Below the pieces are notes generated by a model. That model was not told where the DNA came from. It searched no databases and saw only the letters and a program-made list of their open reading frames with translations. A DNA stretch of 64,000 bases from Eledone cirrhosa (Eukaryota): contig OZ024741.1 in the NCBI GenBank assembly GCA_964016885.1, forward strand, positions 109,616,001-109,680,000. Direction: 5' to 3'. The position numbers and the translations under genes were made by a program. Positions 27,030 through 39,864 of the stretch are shown here, one piece after another (position 1 is the first letter of the stretch; each line of letters opens with the position of its first letter).

Positions 27030-27507
27030 TAACCTCTGTATTTTATTTACTTTATTCTTAACTCTGAAGCCGAGGATTATTCGGTTTCCTAAATAGAATT
27101 TTAGTCTACGACTTCAGTTATACCATTTACGTGGTTTTGTCTTTGCGTGTAATAGTTCTCAACGGTCCACATAATGACGTATTATCTTCGTTTTTTCCGT
27201 TCATTGCCAGAGAACGTCTCCATGAACCACCTAATAGAATATTAGTCTATGACTTCATTTATACCATAAACGTGGTTTTGTCTTTGCGTTTAACTATTTT
27301 CACCGCTCCAAATAATGACGTATTATCTTCGTTTTTTTCGTTCTTTGCCAAGGAACGTTTCCACGAACCAAAGTATCGTCTTCCTGTCTTCCTTCGGTTG
27401 CAAAATATTTACTTCTGCGTTCACAGATTGACTTTTTTAGTTTCAGAAGATCCCGTTAAGGGTGAACGCAGCGATTCTTTGCTTAAACTTTAATCTGTTA
27501 TTTTAAT
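27030..27507 (-). repeat. Helitron-associated dispersed family with ~140-bp tandem duplication
   Basis: Reverse complement of 59461-59820; 27090-27230 is repeated at 27231-27370. Confidence 0.8.
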
Positions 27508-27609
27508 AAATATTTGCTCTACAGTTTTTATATATTTGATATATATTTATCCTTATCGGGCCCTCTTTGGATTTTAGTCTTCAAATTTATTATTATTACT
27601 ATATATATA

Positions 27610-27820
27610 ACGAAGGAAATGTGGTAAGGAACCAGGTGGACCATAACGCACCAAAGTACTTAATACTTAGGGTAGTAGAGTGGGTAATAGGAACGAGTAG
27701 GACCCCGACGGCTGAGCTCAAGCTGTTTTGACCGCTAATTCTGGACTTAAATGTTAGTCCAGAATTAGCCGTCGAAACAAACGGCTTGAGCTCAGCCGTC
27801 GGGGTCCTACTCGTTCCTAT
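27610..27820 (-). mobile_element. Tail + fold-back insert in (TA)n, family A short copy
   Basis: Tail 27610-27686, arms 27687-27747 / 27756-27820; homologous to 34960-35330. Confidence 0.9.
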
Positions 27821-29029
27821 ATATATATATAAATGAATGTGTGTGTACATATTCATGCATATATGTATATATATATATGTATATATATGTATGTGTGAGT
27901 GCCCGCGGGTGTGTGTGTGTATGTATATACTTATATTCATATACCTAAGTGTGTAGAGACATGTGTGTTTGTCTGTGTACATACATATTGCCGTGAATGT
28001 GTGTGTGAGAGATAGAGATAGAGAGAGAGTGTGTGTGTACTGTACAAATATACAAATAACTATACAAAATCCTAGACAAAACACGGAACGGACCATCAAA
28101 GTATACAGATACACAACATGATTGCGCTCATACACACACTCATAAACATACATTCACACACACACACACACGCACACACGTACAGATAATCACACATACG
28201 CACGAACAAACACACACAAACAAACAAACAAACACACATACATACATATATACTTACATACATACACACACAAAGGACAAAGGCGTTCAGTATCGTACAA
28301 ACAAACATTAGCAATTATCAAACTAATAGTTGAAGCGATAATAATATTTTTAGTGTTGATTTCGAAATGCTGAGATGATTTTTTCCGAATCAGCCTCAGC
28401 TGGCAAATAACTGGCTCTCATCTTGTTTTCTATGAGCAGACGACATAACTAAAATGGCGCCGATATGTGAGCGAATTGTGAAAATGGTTGGGCGTATGAT
28501 AAACATGACTTGTAAGGCGGAATTCTACAGTTAATCAGTTAATCCATTTGGTACAACATTAGAACAAGCAAACCCTCGTGTGTCATTAAACAACAATGAT
28601 CATTCAGCGGGTAGAATTACACCCTGAATAATATTTCGCCATCGTCTGGGCGTCGCCATTTCTTCAAGAGAATAAAAAGCAGAGTGAGACAGAGAGAGAG
28701 GAAGACGGGCCAAATAGATATATAGATAGATGGAGAGAAAGAAAGAGACATATATATGAAGAGAGAGAGGGGAGAAATAGGAAAAGCGATAGATGTATAT
28801 ATATAGATAGGAAAAGAGAGAGAGAGAGAGAGATAAATGCATTATAATAAACAGATACAACATAAATACACACACACACACACACACATATATATGTATG
28901 GAGAGAGATATATATGTATGGAGAGACATATATATATGTATGGAGAAGAAAGGTAGATACATATGTACTTACACATACACTCGCACAAATATATATATAT
29001 AGATAGATAGATAGATAAGGATATATATT

Positions 29030-29935
29030 TTGTGTTGGTGGTGGCGGCGGCGATGGTAATATGTTGGTATAAGTTGTGGCGCTGGGTCTAGTGGTGATGC
29101 TGATGTGATGTGCTAGATGTGGTAGTTGTGCTAGTGATGCAATAGTATTAGTGGTGATATCAGTGGTGTTGGTGGTGTTGGTGGTGCTGGTAGTGGTAAA
29201 ATGTAGGGAATGATAAAGCGAAGGTATAGGTGGCGTTTGTAATGGTGAAATATGGTATTCGAATTGAAGTAGTGCAGTGGTAGAATGATAGGGAAGGCGG
29301 TGATGGTAATGACGGTGGTGGTGTAATTTTGTTGTGGTGCTATTGACGTTGGGAATATGGGGATGATGGTGAAGGTGGTGGAGCAAGGATGTGGTGTTGT
29401 AATGGGTGACTGTAGGGTGGTGAATGTAGTAACAGTAGTGGGGCAGTGGAAGATTGTAGTGGTGGTCTCTTAGAGAATATAGTGATGGTGGAGTGAAGGT
29501 AGAGATGTGAGTGGTGGTGTCTGAGTGAAGATAGTGGTGGTGGAGTGAAGTGGGAGATTGTAGTGGTGGTGTCTGAGAGAATATAGCGATGGTGGAGTGA
29601 AGGTAGAAATGACAGCGGTGGTGAAGATGGTGGTGGTAGAGTGGCGGTAGATATGGTAGTGGTGGTGTCTGAGTGAAGATAGAGATAGGGGTGGTGGTGT
29701 CTGAGTGAAGATAGCGGTGGTGGGGTGAAGGTAGAAATGACAGTGGTCGAGTAAAGGTATTGATGGATGTTGAGGCGACTCAATGAAGGTAGTATTGGTG
29801 GAGAGAAGGTAGAGATGGTAGTGTTGGTGCCCAAATGAAGTTTGCAGTGGTTAAGTGGAAGTATTGATGATGGTGGCGGTGTCTGATTGAATATAACAGT
29901 AGTGGGGTGGAGGTTTTGATAGTAGTAGTGGTGTT
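29030..29935. repeat. Purine-rich degenerate minisatellite
   Basis: Repeated gtggtggtgtctgagtgaagatag and ggagtgaaggtaga units. Confidence 0.75.
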
Positions 29936-30048
29936 TAAGGGAAGAAAGCTGTTGTTTTTGTATGTATGGTATGTGCATGTGTGTGTGGGCTGGTTATTAT
30001 GTGTGTGTGTATCAAGCGTGAACCTAATACCACCACAGTTCGTAACTA

Positions 30049-30118
<70 letters not shown>

Positions 30119-30124
<6 letters not shown>

Positions 30125-30545
30125 GTATCCACTGTAAGTTGTGGGGTCTATTCTGTATGAAGAACTCAATGTAGTCCATATGTTGAAAATGTTGTAGGTT
30201 AAGATAAATCTCAGAAAACAATAAAACATTAAAAGGAAAACAGAGTCATGATATAAGTTAAAACAATGAAATAAAAAATCAAGTCATTAGAGATATACTT
30301 CACTGCTTTATGATCGTTTCTAGATGGTGATAATACAATGTATCTATACTCAGTTATTGATCTATGTAAGTTTACAAACAATCAGATAGAGAGAATATTT
30401 ACTTACATGCATATCACTAGCTGTTTTGTAAAGTTACATAGAACAATAACTGAGTATAGATACAATGTATTATCACCATCTAGAAACGATCGTAAAGCAG
30501 TGAAGTATATCTCTAATGACTTGATTTTTTATTTCATTGTTTTAA

Positions 30546-30552
<7 letters not shown>
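30119..30552 (-). mobile_element. Tail + fold-back insert in (TA)n with hammerhead-like motif
   Basis: Arms 30251-30379 / 30424-30552; CUGAGUA UAGAU...AUCUA GAAAC GAUC GUA at 30450-30494. Confidence 0.85.
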
Positions 30553-30600
<48 letters not shown>

Positions 30601-30603
<3 letters not shown>

Positions 30604-30993
30604 AGAGATTGTTTTGGTAAAAACAGCAGCAAGCAGGCGAACGCTCTCAACATTTGTAGTTTGTAGTTACGATGGAGATTCAGTATAATAATAACATTAA
30701 TAAATATGCTGATGTTACATAAATCGTTTATTCATTATAATTATTTCAACGGTTCTCCGATGCAATCAAGATGTAATTCATGCATTTGTTGTTGTTATTA
30801 GAACAGTGTCCTCAGATGAAATTCGATTTTGTGATATGCCGCCAGCAAGATATCACAAAATCGAATTTCATCTGAGGTTACCGTTCTCATAACAACAACA
30901 AATGCATGAATTACTTCTTGATTGCATCGGAGAACCGTTGAAATAATTATAATGAATAAACGATTTATGTAACATCAGCATCTTTATTGATGT

Positions 30994-31000
<7 letters not shown>
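30601..31000 (-). mobile_element. Tail + fold-back insert in (TA)n
   Basis: Arms ~30688-30838 / 30850-31000, ~11-nt loop, outward-facing AATAAA in the arms. Confidence 0.85.
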
Positions 31001-31053
<53 letters not shown>

Positions 31054-31243
31054 GAGGGGAGGGGTCCGTCGCTCGTTGGGATGTGCTCTACCTTTAAGGC
31101 GGATGTAGTTTGCAGAGTGTATATATATAGTGACAATAAGAATTGCATGGGTGGTCCACTCATGTAAACTCTCATATTTGAAGAAGTGTCGGGATCCAAT
31201 CGCCTGATCATACCTGAACTGATCGATATAGAAACAATTGTAA

Positions 31244-31973
31244 TCTATATATCTAAAACAGAGAATGAGAAACAATTGTAATCAATATATCTGAAACAGA
31301 GAATGTCTGTCTGTCTCCCTAAAACTCGAGAATCACCCAACCGATTTTTTTCAAACTTTACACATGTAATACTTATGGTCGTGTGAGTGTTTTGAGAAAA
31401 AAATATTTCTAATTTTCCATGCCCTAGGGACCGCTTTAGGCGAAAAAACGCATATTTTAGGCTTTAAAGGATTTTTTGAGGCATTAGGGAACAATAATCC
31501 AGGCGATGTCTTCAAAATGTGCATTACTTATGTCGTTTAAAGTGTTTTGAGCAAAAAAGACTGTCTCATTTTTTGCCGCGGGGACCACATTAGACGAAAA
31601 AACGATTTTTAAAATCATTTTGGTTGCGTTAGGGCCTGTAACTCGAGAAGTACCCAACCGCAGTCCCGCATGCTTACTGCTCTGTAACTATTGCTTTCAT
31701 TGTACCATAGCACAACAAATACATGTTCGGTTTGTCGAATGCCTTTATATTTAACCCTATCGTCTTGGCTTTTGTGGGTTGAACATTTTACTCTCAGGCA
31801 CCCAATTAAGTTAAACCCTTGGTAATCTACGACGAATTATTTTTATAAGCACAAAGTGTAGACACCATCCCCAGGCCGGGGTATTCCGTACTTCTCTGTA
31901 CTGTTTCAGAAAGGTGGGATAAATATGCCAATCTATGTTTAGAATCCCGAGCAACGCCGGGCTATTCTGCTAG
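31244..31973 (+). mobile_element. Complete non-autonomous Helitron
   Basis: A|TC 5' end (duplicated ~38 bp), (TCTG)n near the 5' end, 3' hairpin cccgagcaacgccggg then CTAG|T. Confidence 0.85.
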
Positions 31974-32028
31974 TATGAAATAAAGTTTACAAAAGCTGCA
32001 AAGCTTATTATCACTATATATATGTGTG

Positions 32029-32115
<87 letters not shown>

Positions 32116-32174
32116 GCGCGTGCGTGTGTGCGTGTGTGTGTGTGTGTTTACGTGTGTGAGAGCTCACTTTTAGA

Positions 32175-32375
32175 TTAACAGGGCCTGTCTGTTGTTAAAA
32201 ACAGAATCGAGCCTGTCTCTAGTTAAACAAAGAAATGTGCATGTATCTAGTTAAACAGAGAAGGGAACCAGCCTATATTTAATAAATGATATGAGCCAAT
32301 CTCTAGATAAACAGATAATCGAGATTGTCAGTAGTAAAACACAGAATTGAACCCGTTTGTAGTTAAACAGAGAAG
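32175..32375. repeat. ~28-bp degenerate tandem repeat (tagttaaacagagaa)
   Basis: About 7 units. Confidence 0.7.
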
Positions 32376-32614
32376 TAAAGAGGAAAGGTGAATCAGTGAT
32401 AGCCCAACCCAACCGTAGTCATCAGACATTGTATGCCACAGCTGGGCCAAGAAATTACACTCAGATGTTACCAGTTTCAGCCAAGCTCGACATTGATTCT
32501 AAAACATCAGTCAGACGTATCTATTGCCTACGTAGACGAAGGGAGCCAACAGTATGACAATATGTGTGTGTGCTTACGTATATATATATATATATATGTG
32601 TGTGTGTGCTTAAG

Positions 32615-32647
<33 letters not shown>

Positions 32648-32665
32648 TTCTGTGTGTGTGTGTGC

Positions 32666-32727
<62 letters not shown>

Positions 32728-33055
32728 GGTTGTGTGTGTGTGAGGGGGGGGGGGTGATAATGATAAACGGAATTCATTTGTTGACTCTGGGTGGCGAATA
32801 TTAATTCCATTTTCAAAGGACTTTGTACAGAATACATAGACAACGAGTAGAAATGAGAGATAGATAACAAGAAATACACAGGGGAATGGTATTTGGTTAT
32901 TCTAGGAAGCATTGGGGAAAATTTGATGATTTGAAATTTTTTTTTTTTTTTTTCAGTTAGTTGCAACAAGTAAATACATAACTATAAATAAAAGTTGAAT
33001 AAGTGAAATAAAGTTACCTGACGTATTCAACTACAATTTGGCGGCTTCCTCCCAA

Positions 33056-33137
<82 letters not shown>

Positions 33138-33300
33138 TATATATATATATTTATTTACGTAAAGTGCGGAGCGTATGTGCATAAACACCTACTCACCGTA
33201 CTGCATTATTGCAGTATTGTGTTAGCTCAATGTACATAGACAGAGCCGTAATATACAAAAGAAACCAAAGAACGCTTACATACTCAAACAGTCTTTATTC

Positions 33301-33345
33301 ACTAACCATGTTTCATCCTCACCTTTAGGCAGGAATCATCAGAGC
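33301..33345 (-). ncRNA. Minimal hammerhead-like motif in a pLTR-like insert
   Basis: gcu CUGAUGA uuccu-gccuaaaggug-aggau GAAAC AUG GUU agu, followed by AATAAA and ending at (TA)n ~33150. Confidence 0.6.
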
Positions 33346-33877
33346 TTAATAAATACAGTGTTGAGTATAAGCTCCACAAAAACTTAGTCACACGAACAAT
33401 CAGAAAAAATAATAGGGATTGGAGATAGCTAACAAAGAGGTTGATGCTGGGGTTACTAAGCATCACTGCAAAATACCAAGGCACAAAGTGATTCAACAAG
33501 ATGAAGACAGTAGATGGCACTCAAAATGCAGAATGTAAAATCAAAAAGTGTGAAAGCATTAAAAAGTACATAATAAATACATAAAATACATAAAAAATAC
33601 ATAAAAAATACATAAAAAATACATAAAAAATACAAGCAAATGTTAAAACATAATATAAATTATATTAAAGTAATAAAAAATATAAAAATAAAGATAAAAA
33701 ATAATAATAAAGATAATAGAATAAAATGAAATAAAGTAAAATAAAATAAAATAATAAAATAAAAAATATATAAAAAATATACTAAAATAAATTAAAAAAC
33801 AATAAAGTAATATAAAAAGTATATTAAAATAATAATAAATGATAATAAAATAATAAAATAATATAATAATATGATAA

Positions 33878-34502
33878 AATTAAATTAAAAAGGATTAAAA
33901 ATATTTATTAAATTGAGAAAAAGTTATGTTATGAACACTTAGAGAAAGCAAGATATTACAAGCGCAGTTCCTAGCAACACAAGCGAGTAGGATCACAGTA
34001 GTCTATATACAGGCGTGAAGAGATCTTTATGGTACATCCTAAAAGATCACAGTAATCCGAATGACCACCATAATATACATACACAAGGTATATCAGTAGG
34101 TACCCGAACCAGGTAGCCAATTGGTGTTCACAAGTATATAGAAAGGTATCACAAAGGCACAGGCCTCACACAAGTAAATATGGTTATTATATGGTATTGC
34201 TGAGTGAAACAAGTAAATACATTCAAGGCATAAAAAGAAGCTATGCACAAGCAGATTTAGGCTAGTGTGCGATTGAGTTGAAGCAGTCTCATTATATTAG
34301 TTGAAATAAAAGTTGTTATAAAGTAATTGGCAAAGTTATTATTCATGCATAATTGGCAATTCACGCCTGTATATAGACTACTGTGATCCCACTCGCTTGT
34401 GTTGCTAAGAACTGCGCTTGTAATATCTTGCTTTCTCTAAGTGCTCATAACATATAACTTTTTCTCAATTTATTAAATATTTTTAATCCTTTTTAATTTA
34501 AT
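33878..34502. repeat. ~140-bp inverted repeats with ~340-bp spacer
   Basis: 33878-34019 pairs with 34360-34502. Confidence 0.9.
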
Positions 34503-34509
34503 GTTATTC

Positions 34510-34937
34510 GTAACAACAAACACATATAAACACACACTAGTGAACAAAGATAGAATACGAAAACAAAAACACATACACTCAAACGCGAACACATGCCAAG
34601 CATTAAAAACACACGCAAACGCATGCGCAGAAACAGAGACAAAAAGAAATAAAATTAAAATGCCGTAGACTTTATAATACAATGGGAGGAAACATAATAG
34701 TACCACTGATGATGTCGCAGATGTGTGACGAAAGAACTTCGATAGACTATATATATATATATTTATATCTGTATTTTTAACCGTTGGTCGATCAATGATA
34801 AACATTGATTGCCAAATAAATTAACTATGGAGATATAAAAGATGCAGAAGCGAAACCAACCCAAACCAAACAGTGAGTGTGTTCTGTTATTGTTTCTGGC
34901 AATATTATAACAATATGACCCTCCTCAAGTATAACAA
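34510..34937 (+). mobile_element. Solo pLTR related to the window's PLE, with hammerhead core
   Basis: CUGAUGA uGUCGCagauguGUGAC GAAAGAAC at 34706-34738 and terminus aatatgaccctcc..aagtataacaa(TA)n match 61430-61620(-). Confidence 0.8.
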
Positions 34938-34959
34938 TATATATATATATATATATATA

Positions 34960-35330
34960 ACGAAGGATTTGTGATAAGGAGCCAGATGGACCATAACGCA
35001 CCAGAGTACTCAATACTTAGGGTAGTAGAGTGGGTAATAGGAGAAAGTAGGCCCCGACGGCAGAGCTCAAGCCGTTTCGACGCCTATTTCTGGACTAAAG
35101 TAAGAGTTGTTTTAGTCTGGTAAATAAATAGCCGAACTTTTCAAGGGGTACTTCCTTATATGGGACAAATTTTGACCAATCTTCTTGACAACTACAATCT
35201 TCCCATATAAGGAAGTACCCCTTGAAAAGTTCGGCTATTTATTTACCAGACTAAAAAAAACTCTTACTTTAGTCCAGAAATAGTCGTCGAAACGGCTTGA
35301 GCTCTGCTGTCGGGGTCATACTTTCTCCTA
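34960..35330 (-). mobile_element. Tail + fold-back insert in (TA)n, family A long copy
   Basis: Tail 34960-35036; arms 35037-35166 / 35200-35330. Confidence 0.9.
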
Positions 35331-35340
35331 TATATATATA

Positions 35341-36195
35341 CTAGCAGAGGTACCCGACGTTGCTCAGGTATTAAATAGCAGTTGTGTATACCATTTATGT
35401 CAATACTTCAGTGCTGCTTCGAAAACTATACTTTTACAAAATCATCGGCTTTTTCCAAAAGGGGGTTCCTGCCCCCAGGAGTCCCCTACTCAATATGTGC
35501 CAATTCTGAGAGTTCACATTCATCTGTAGGACAAACGTAGCCCATTGTCAAGTTTTGTGAAAATCGGTTGCGAACTCCAGAAGTTATGACGTTTTGTTGC
35601 ATTGCACTACAGTGCTTCAGTCGACTCCAAGGAAGTGGTTAAAGGGGGTTATCTGCCGAGAGGCCCTATAATCAATATCTGGAAAAACGAAAGTGCCCAT
35701 GACCATCCGGAGTACATAAGTAACCTATGTCTTAAGTTTGGTGAAAATACTTAAGAAATGAATAAGGTTTATACATACGCGCGCTCGTGCGTTCGTGCGT
35801 GCGTGCGTGCGTGTGGGTTGGTGGGGGGGGGGTGTATGTATTTGTGTGTGCGTATGTATGTGTATGTACTGGCCTAAATCTTCACTATTTACTTTTACTA
35901 TTTTAATAACCTCTGTCATTTTCGTTTTCAATGTTATTTACATCATTCTTAAACTCCGGGGTTGGAAATCATTCTGTTATTTTAAATAGAATATTAGTCT
36001 AACGACTCCATTTATACCATAAACTAGGTCTTGTCTTTGCATGAAATTGTTCTTACCGCTCCACATAACGACATATTATCCTTGCTTTTTTTTCGTTCAT
36101 TGCCAGGGAACGTCTTCACGAACCAAAATATCGTCTTCCTGTTTTCGTTCGGCTGCAACGTTTCTCGAAATATTTACTTCTGCTTTCACAGATTA
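35341..36195 (-). mobile_element. Non-autonomous Helitron, 5'-truncated
   Basis: CTAG at 35341-35344 with hairpin; close reverse complement of 55895-56883. Confidence 0.85.
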
Positions 36196-37020
36196 CTCTC
36201 AGTTCAATTTGAATGGGAAATTCCTGTTTCATCGATTTTCTCCGTAACCATGGAAGTTTGTAGCTTGAAAGTCGACCCAACGCTTCCTCGAGTCATTCTG
36301 CATAACTGTATAAATTTTCGCTGCATTCCACCAAGCCATTTCGACGTTTATCCGACTACACCTACATATGCAACGTCCGACCACTTCCAATTTATATAGT
36401 AGATATATATGAACAGTGTAACTAATGCCAAAACATCAATTGAGGGAATACAAGCTAGACAAACTAATATTGGAAAGTTTATTTCCCTCGTATCTTCTCC
36501 CTAACTGCAGTTTCTAGAATTAAGGATACAACATTAATTATCCCAAATGTGTTACTCCTTCATTGTTAAGTTGATAGACGTGTTTAATGTGTGCTATTTC
36601 TAGCATCACTACCAACCTGTCATATTGCTCTGACATACACACATTCATTTGGTAGTCGAATGACGCACGTGTTAATCAAGGTACCTCGGTATACTATGTA
36701 TTGAATATTTTTCCTGTTTCCAAAGAATCTCTCCGATGAAGGAATTTCTTCCAATATTCGTTGTCTTAATTTATTGTGATAATTTGTATTGTTTCATAAT
36801 CCCTGAAACTGCAATTAGGGAGACGATACGAGAGAAACTTTCTATTAGATTGTCTAACTTATATTCCTCTTCGATGGATGTTTTGGCAGTAGATAAACTA
36901 TGTTTTAAATGCTTCTCTGATTCTTTTCATTGAGATGTCCAAATATATTAGAGACAAATAACTTTCTGTCTGAAACCGCTTGGCGCATCGGGATTTTATC
37001 TCTTTCTCTCTATATATATA

Positions 37021-37052
<32 letters not shown>

Positions 37053-37470
37053 GTTGAGCACTTTAAATATAATTGGTGTTGGATGCTTAAAGCGTCCGTA
37101 TGCGGTAGGCCGTATGAGCACTCGATGCCCTCGTGGAGCAGAGTATAATATCACAGAAAAAAAGAGAATCAGTGTTGCGACGACAGGAATTTATTAGACA
37201 TATTACAATTGTTTTTCGGGCGACCACCTCGAGGCACGATCGATATGGTGATCACACCTGACTCTGAAATCGCGTGGTCCTCGGATACGTCTCGATTCTA
37301 CGATAGGAAAATCTGCTTCGTAGAATCGAGACGTATCCAAGGACCGTGCGATTTCAGAGTCGGGTTTGATCACCATATCGATAGTGCTTCGAGCTGGTCG
37401 TCAGAGAATATAATATGTAATATGTCCAATAAATTCGTGTCGTCGCAACACTGATTCTCTTTTTTCTGTG

Positions 37471-37474
<4 letters not shown>
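37053..37474 (-). mobile_element. Tail + fold-back insert in (TA)n
   Basis: Arms 37148-37303 / 37318-37474, diverged by substitutions. Confidence 0.85.
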
Positions 37475-37521
<47 letters not shown>

Positions 37522-37523
<2 letters not shown>

Positions 37524-38064
37524 AAATGTATATCTGGGCTTTGCATAATTGCAAACGAATCGAATATTTTTTATTAATAGTCGAAAAGCTCAGATTTACA
37601 TTTCTTCCATTGAGCCATGTAGAGCGATAAAACTATTTGTTAGTTTTTTAACTATGGCAAAGCCATTAATCGCTCGTACACTGAATGGCCTATCTGCTGA
37701 TATGCAAATCTGGCTGCTCAGTGGGTCTGATAATATGCAGATCTGATTGATCAGTCAGTCTGCTAATATGCTAATCAGGCCAATCAGTCACTGTATATTC
37801 CAGAAAATATATATTTTCACTAGCACTGACAGTTGGCAAGTAAGCAGTATTCGGTACTTATGAAGGGTAATCACCCAGAAACATTAGTGTCTACCGTTCT
37901 GTTTATATGCCAACACAAGAGCAAGAATGACGAGGTCATTCTACTTACATGGCTTGAAGAGACTGTTTGCATAATTGCAAATGAATCGAATATTATTAAT
38001 ATTCGAAAAGCTCAGATTTACATTTCTTGTATTCAGCCATGTAGAGCGATAAAACGATTTGTTA

Positions 38065-38070
<6 letters not shown>
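37522..38070 (+). mobile_element. Mini element with ~105-bp direct terminal repeats and a short 5' inverted copy
   Basis: 37541-37650 is repeated at 37967-38070; 37522-37542 is the reverse complement of aaagctcagatttacatttct; lies between (GT)n and (TA)n. Confidence 0.7.
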
Positions 38071-38152
<82 letters not shown>

Positions 38153-38916
38153 TACAGAGAGAGAGACAGACAGACCATTTAGACATAGTACCATTCGCTT
38201 TATACATATGCTACATATGTCTATCCCCATCCAGACTTAACGAAAATATCACATGAACAGATGCCACCCAAACTTCCGTTTCAGCAAATTCTAAGTTAAA
38301 ATATCTACGCAGACACTTTCCCCCACCACTTCCACTTCCACCTGCACTGTCAATACCAACTCTACCACTATCAACTATACCATCAACATTCCTATCATGT
38401 CCTCCACCAATAATTATAGGAAACCTTTCCGTGGTCGTTCAACTTACGAGATATTGAGCTCTGATCTAGTGATCTTAGATATCCCAAACTCAATATTTAC
38501 GATAGAGAAATATATAAGACGATTTATTCATTTTCTTGCAGGAGTTACTGTTTCAACAAAGGAAATGTTAGTTAAGCTTCTTCACTGAGTGGGTGTATGT
38601 TTGCGCATGTGTGCGTCTATGTGCATGTAATGAGTATGTATGGGTTTTTTGTTGTCGTAACTTGCGACTAGTTCATCTTTGAAGTTTTACAGGTTTTCGT
38701 AGCTATTTGTAGATTATGGATTAAGAATCTGCGTTCGTTTTCTAAGAATCTAAGTTCAGTCATATTTTGGTTCACGTGGGTTAGTATATATTCTGTAGCT
38801 CTAGTAATGATAGGCTTGAAATTGATGACCAAGGGCAGAATCATTTTAAACAAAGTTATGTTTCATCTTGGTTAACCTGTGGTTAAACAACAGAAACAAA
38901 TACCAATACTAATTCC

Positions 38917-38947
<31 letters not shown>

Positions 38948-38981
38948 CCCCCCCCCACACACACACACGCACACACACACA

Positions 38982-39088
<107 letters not shown>

Positions 39089-39139
39089 TCACTCACTCTA
39101 TCTTTCTCTCGGTTCAAGCGTCAAGGACAGTAGACTGGC

Positions 39140-39330
39140 TGTATAGGTAGAACGTTAGATAAAGTTATTCGTGGAATTTAGTCACGGCATTCTACACTGT
39201 AAGTTCAAATCCTAGTGAGGTCAATTTTGCCTTTTTCCTCCCGTATTCGATGCATTAAAAACTAGTTATGTACTAGAGTCGATATAAACGACTTTTACTT
39301 TGGCACAAAGCCAGCAATCTGGGATAATGT
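39140..39330 (+). mobile_element. Diverged SINE
   Basis: gttcaaatcctagtgaggtcaattttgcctttt core. Confidence 0.65.
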
Positions 39331-39436
39331 ATAAAAGAAATGTTTTGCTTACTCCAGTCATTCGACTGCAGCCATACAATAGACATGACCTCAAAATCTG
39401 CATATATATATAGATAGATAGATCGATCGATCGATC

Positions 39437-39492
<56 letters not shown>

Positions 39493-39524
39493 TACACGGG
39501 TGTGTATGATTGTGTATAGAAGAT

Positions 39525-39788
39525 TATATTAACAAGAGGAATTCCAACTTTGTCTGATTTATTCGTTTTATTTACAATGCTTTAACATTTATAATGGTAT
39601 TATAATGAAATAGTATGATAGAATATTAAATGTTAAGTGTTAATTGAATGTTAATGGAATGTTAAGTGTTAGTTCAATTAACACTTAACATTTAATATTC
39701 TATCATACTATTTCATTATAATACCATTATGAATTTTAAAGGATTGTAAATAAAACGTGTAAATCAGACAAAGTTGGAATTCCTCTTA

Positions 39789-39796
<8 letters not shown>
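39525..39796. repeat. Fold-back insert abutting (TA)n
   Basis: Arms 39525-39648 / 39673-39796. Confidence 0.9.

Positions 39797-39859
<63 letters not shown>

Positions 39860-39864
<5 letters not shown>

Noticed and set aside
28445-28670. AAATGGCG (YY1-like) motifs and a possible first exon MATPRRW
   Set aside because: No recognisable protein or supporting exons.
32175-32375. CRISPR-like periodic repeat
   Set aside because: Degenerate tandem minisatellite without unique spacers, in a eukaryotic context.
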